A program made the position numbers and the translations under genes. A stretch of DNA of 64,000 nt, from the NCBI GenBank assembly GCA_051294905.1, contig CM119371.1:39310001-39374000 (forward strand), in the 5' to 3' direction. This document shows, in pieces, positions 61,401-64,000 of this stretch. Numbering within the stretch: the stretch's first letter is position 1; every line of letters begins with the position of its first letter. The stretch comes from Botryllus schlosseri. Taxonomy: Eukaryota. The notes under the pieces were generated by a model. That model ran no database searches. It was not told where the DNA came from and saw only the letters and a program-made list of their open reading frames with translations.

Positions 61401-62827
61401 TCTCTTATCGGATTATTTAAAATACATCTTCCTGATAAACTGTAAATAACGAAAAGCAAATAAGTAATTCACCAAATAAAACAAAGTTAAAGAGAAAGTA
61501 GCTGGAAAGCGGATTTACTTGAGTAAGTAGGTACTGAAAGTAGAGGAAAAGTACTCAAGTAGTTTCAAAAATGGGTAACGAAGAAAAGTAACAAAGTACC
61601 TCATTGCACAATGCATATTTTGAGTCAAGTCAAATCAATGGGATTTTGAAAGTGACTCGATTCGATTCAAGTCAAGTCAAGTCACAATTTTTGACAAGGT
61701 GATTTTTCACAGTACGAGGCATAATTGTGTTATTGCACTTTGATAGCTTTTTGAAAGTTGCCATTTATTTTGAATCGAGGAACGATATGATGCAATGCAC
61801 TAGCCATCTACAGATCCGTGAGATCGGTGCCGATGGTTGACGAGTAACATAAATTCATTAACTTCATTAAAATTTGATTTCAATTTTACAACAGTTTACC
61901 GACCACCTTAGGCGCTGAACTCTAATTTACCGAAGGTATGCGTGATCGATGTCGGCATGAAGGGGTGACGTGATAATAGTCAGAATTGACGAATTAGCCG
62001 ACTCGCAAACGTTCAATAGTCGGTTGTATATGCTGACAAAATTACGATACTATTAAGCAGGCTGCCTGCTGAATTGATTTCAAAACTTCCAAGGTAGCAT
62101 CAACTTATTAGGTTTAAGTACGTGCCCCAATCCCGATAATGCTGTTTTTTTTTCGTGCTAGAAATGGACGGAGGAGGAATGCATGGGGATTACACATTAT
62201 CGAATACTAGGTTATGGAAGGCATCACTTTGAAAATCGCATCGGCTACGATGATGAATCTAGAAAACCGCTATTTGTTGTTTTCCTACGGAAGCCATGAT
62301 CTAATGAAGTGACTCACGTGTATTGGATCCTTGATGCACCTTGTTATGATGTCCAACAGCTCATCGTCGATACTGCAGTCGTATAATTTCAAAGAACGAA
62401 GGCCCTGACTCCTTGCTGCAAGCGTTCCAACGATATGAGCTTCATCGCGACTCAATGTGATGTTAGAAGCATCGACAACGTCAAGATCTTTCATGAGATC
62501 GTCGTCGCCTGATTCATAGATCGCTGTGTAAAGTTCCACGCGACTGCGATCAAACTGGCGACCGATGAAGTCTCTTTGTATTCTTCTTCTTGAATTCTTC
62601 TTGAATTCTTTTTGAACATTCTTCTTGAATTGGAGGTGGAGTGATTGTGATAAAACTTGTTTCTTCCTCGTTCCATCGGAGACTGTGACGAGACAAGAAA
62701 TATCGTGGTAACCGTTGACGGCACATGGCCACGAAACAATTGGACGATGTGCGCCGCTGCGACAAAACCAGGTTAGTAGCGATTGAACTCTCGGGTCGAG
62801 TTTACAGCGTTTTGACACCAGTGGCAA
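40497..62827 (-). CDS. 3' portion of a multi-exon NLR-like / divergent leucine-rich-repeat protein. Predicted exons: (start uncertain ~62.7-62.8 kb)-62318, 59660-59556, 57190-57092, 54336-54181, 45132-45052, 44866-44699, 43636-43438, 42174-42123, 40602-40497
   Basis: Exons have GT-AG borders and compatible phases (0,0,0,0,0,0,1,2), ending ...SPSVD*. The first exon has ELYTAIYESGDDDL (NLR HD2-like) and ribonuclease-inhibitor-type LRR LRSLKLYDCSIDDELL; the next exon has VIEVDLRANKFS. No NACHT P-loop is visible, and some internal exons may be missing or mis-called. Confidence 0.6.
43743..44515. mobile_element. Charlie-like hAT MITE (intronic)
   Basis: TIRs CAGGGGTAGCCAACC ... GGTTGGCCATCCCTG; perfect TSD CTTTAGAT (43735-43742, 44516-44523). 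Confidence 0.93.
45455..47497. repeat. ~38-bp AT-rich tandem satellite (CCAAATAAAATTATAATTAGAGCTACACAGTTTTTTT)n
   Basis: Highly homogeneous core at ~45690-47065 with variable T-tract length, flanked by diverged units containing TTAGAATTAGAGCTACACAG. Confidence 0.97.
50251..52341. mobile_element. hAT MITE (same family as 1741-2312, opposite orientation) carrying a nested element
   Basis: CAGGGTTGTAA ... TTACAACCCTG; perfect TSD GGTTTGGA (50243-50250, 52342-52349). Confidence 0.93.
50546..52078. mobile_element. Sola-like non-autonomous DNA transposon
   Basis: Termini GAGTAATTTCC ... GGAATTACTC with extended imperfect IRs (CCGTCTCCACACC / GGTGTGGAGACGG) and a 4-bp TSD AAAT. The empty site is seen in the intact MITE at ~1990-2035. 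Confidence 0.75.
54882..56566. mobile_element. Charlie-like hAT MITE containing nested elements
   Basis: CAGGGGTGGGCAA ... TTGCCCACCCCTG with GGCCCGCG motifs; flanks CTTTACAG / CTTTAGCAG. Confidence 0.85.
55237..56240 (+). mobile_element. internally deleted hAT-like transposon with a transposase C-terminal remnant
   Basis: TIRs TAGGGCCATTT ... AAATGGCCCTA; perfect TSD GTTATGAT; AAAGTCATA subterminal repeats; ORF 55742-56041 contains YAKLQKCQPTSASVERSFSLLK. Confidence 0.9.
56815..57042 (+). mobile_element. terminal fragment of the P-like element family
   Basis: Reverse-complement homolog of 32729-32955; ends TATATAGGTCACTATG. Confidence 0.65.
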
Positions 62828-63782
62828 CGACGAGCTTTATCATTAACGAAGGAATCCAGACATCTGGGTTTTTCGACCCATATCTGGGTTTTTCGACCAT
62901 CACATGAGTTTCTGGGTTTTTGTCCTTGAAATCTGGGTTTTCAACATCATGTGCACCAGGTTAATTTTATGTTCGAAAATCAATTATATTACATTAGTGA
63001 GTTCATAATGTCGATGTGTGTCGATGTCATTATAGAATGTAAACGTGAAATAGCAACGACCGAATTTGCAGCTTCGTTCCACTTCGCTGAAGCTTTACTC
63101 AGACTTATTTTACGGCAGCGAGTTAAATTTTGGAGGATTTTAAAAAGCGGGCGGTGCAAACCCCTAACCCTGGATAACCCACTGCCTTGACCTCTCAAAG
63201 ACATATTTGCGCTGCCACCAGAATAATTATCCTCGCCGTCATGAAACTTTACTAACAAGTTGCTGCAATATTGATGAATTAGGTACAAGAATTTTTCAAA
63301 GAGCCCCATATGTTATACCTAGGGCGGTTTTTTTGACATGTCATTTGTCAAAATTTTGTCAAAATTCTAGGGTTAGGTCAAAATTTGTCGAAATTATTCA
63401 TAAAGTCAAAAAATGTTGACGTCTGCATTTCGTTTGATTCGTAGATTTTGCACTGTCGGTGAACTTATATCGTTTGATATTTTACAGTTTGTATCCTACC
63501 GTTGTAAACGGCTTATTGTCTGCTCTTTGTGAATAACAAACGGTTGAAGAAAACAAATAGGTAGACATGGTGTTATCGTCAACGTACCGCAATAGCCTAT
63601 CTGAAGAAAGACTTCTTGGTCATTGCATCATTCTTACATTACGAAGCGCATAATGAAAACATATGATGCAGACAACATTGCCAGAATGAAGCAACGCGGT
63701 GTCACCAGCAGTGTATTCACAACTTGAGTGTTGTCAGCCAACAACTGCTACTGTTGGGCGTCATTGGCAAGATTCTTAGTAA

Positions 63783-64000
63783 TAGGCTTACCATATTTTG
63801 GAAATCTAAAAAGAGGACACTTTTCCAGAAATTTGCAACTTGCAAATTCTCAAAAACAGTTGAATTTTTCCCACTTTGTGATCGGTTGACAACAAAAAAA
63901 TTTGCGGCATAACACTCGCAATTTGCTCTAAATCTGACCTAAATTTTCAGAAAAGAGGACAAAATCTCAAAAAAGAGGACAAAAGGGCGTTCCCCCGAGG
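63783..64000. mobile_element. AAAAGAGGAC-type MITE (truncated by window edge) next to a decayed hAT transposase fragment (~63640-63780)
   Basis: Near-identical to ~34110-34480; the upstream segment is homologous to 15635-15772. Confidence 0.8.

Overview
AT-rich eukaryotic (animal) genomic DNA, probably a marine invertebrate such as an ascidian (inferred from composition, one very short intron and gene content, not proven). I can support four host genes. On the + strand: a 5-exon secreted C-type-lectin-like gene (9663-14005), an intronless XK-related scramblase-like gene (20059-20919) and an intronless BTB-(BACK)x3 gene (26621-28255). On the - strand: the 3' part of a multi-exon NLR-like/LRR gene (about 62.8 kb down to 40497). 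Much of the rest is transposon-derived: hAT MITEs with 8-bp TSDs, hAT and P-element transposase relics, a Sola-like insertion, a 5'-truncated I-group LINE split by a MITE, two tRNA-SINE types sharing a central core, and many Penelope-like pseudo-LTRs with minimal hammerhead ribozyme motifs. A 2-kb ~38-bp satellite appears to have grown out of a MITE subterminal repeat. No prokaryotic features (CRISPR, operons) were seen. All calls come from reading by eye; no database searches were run.
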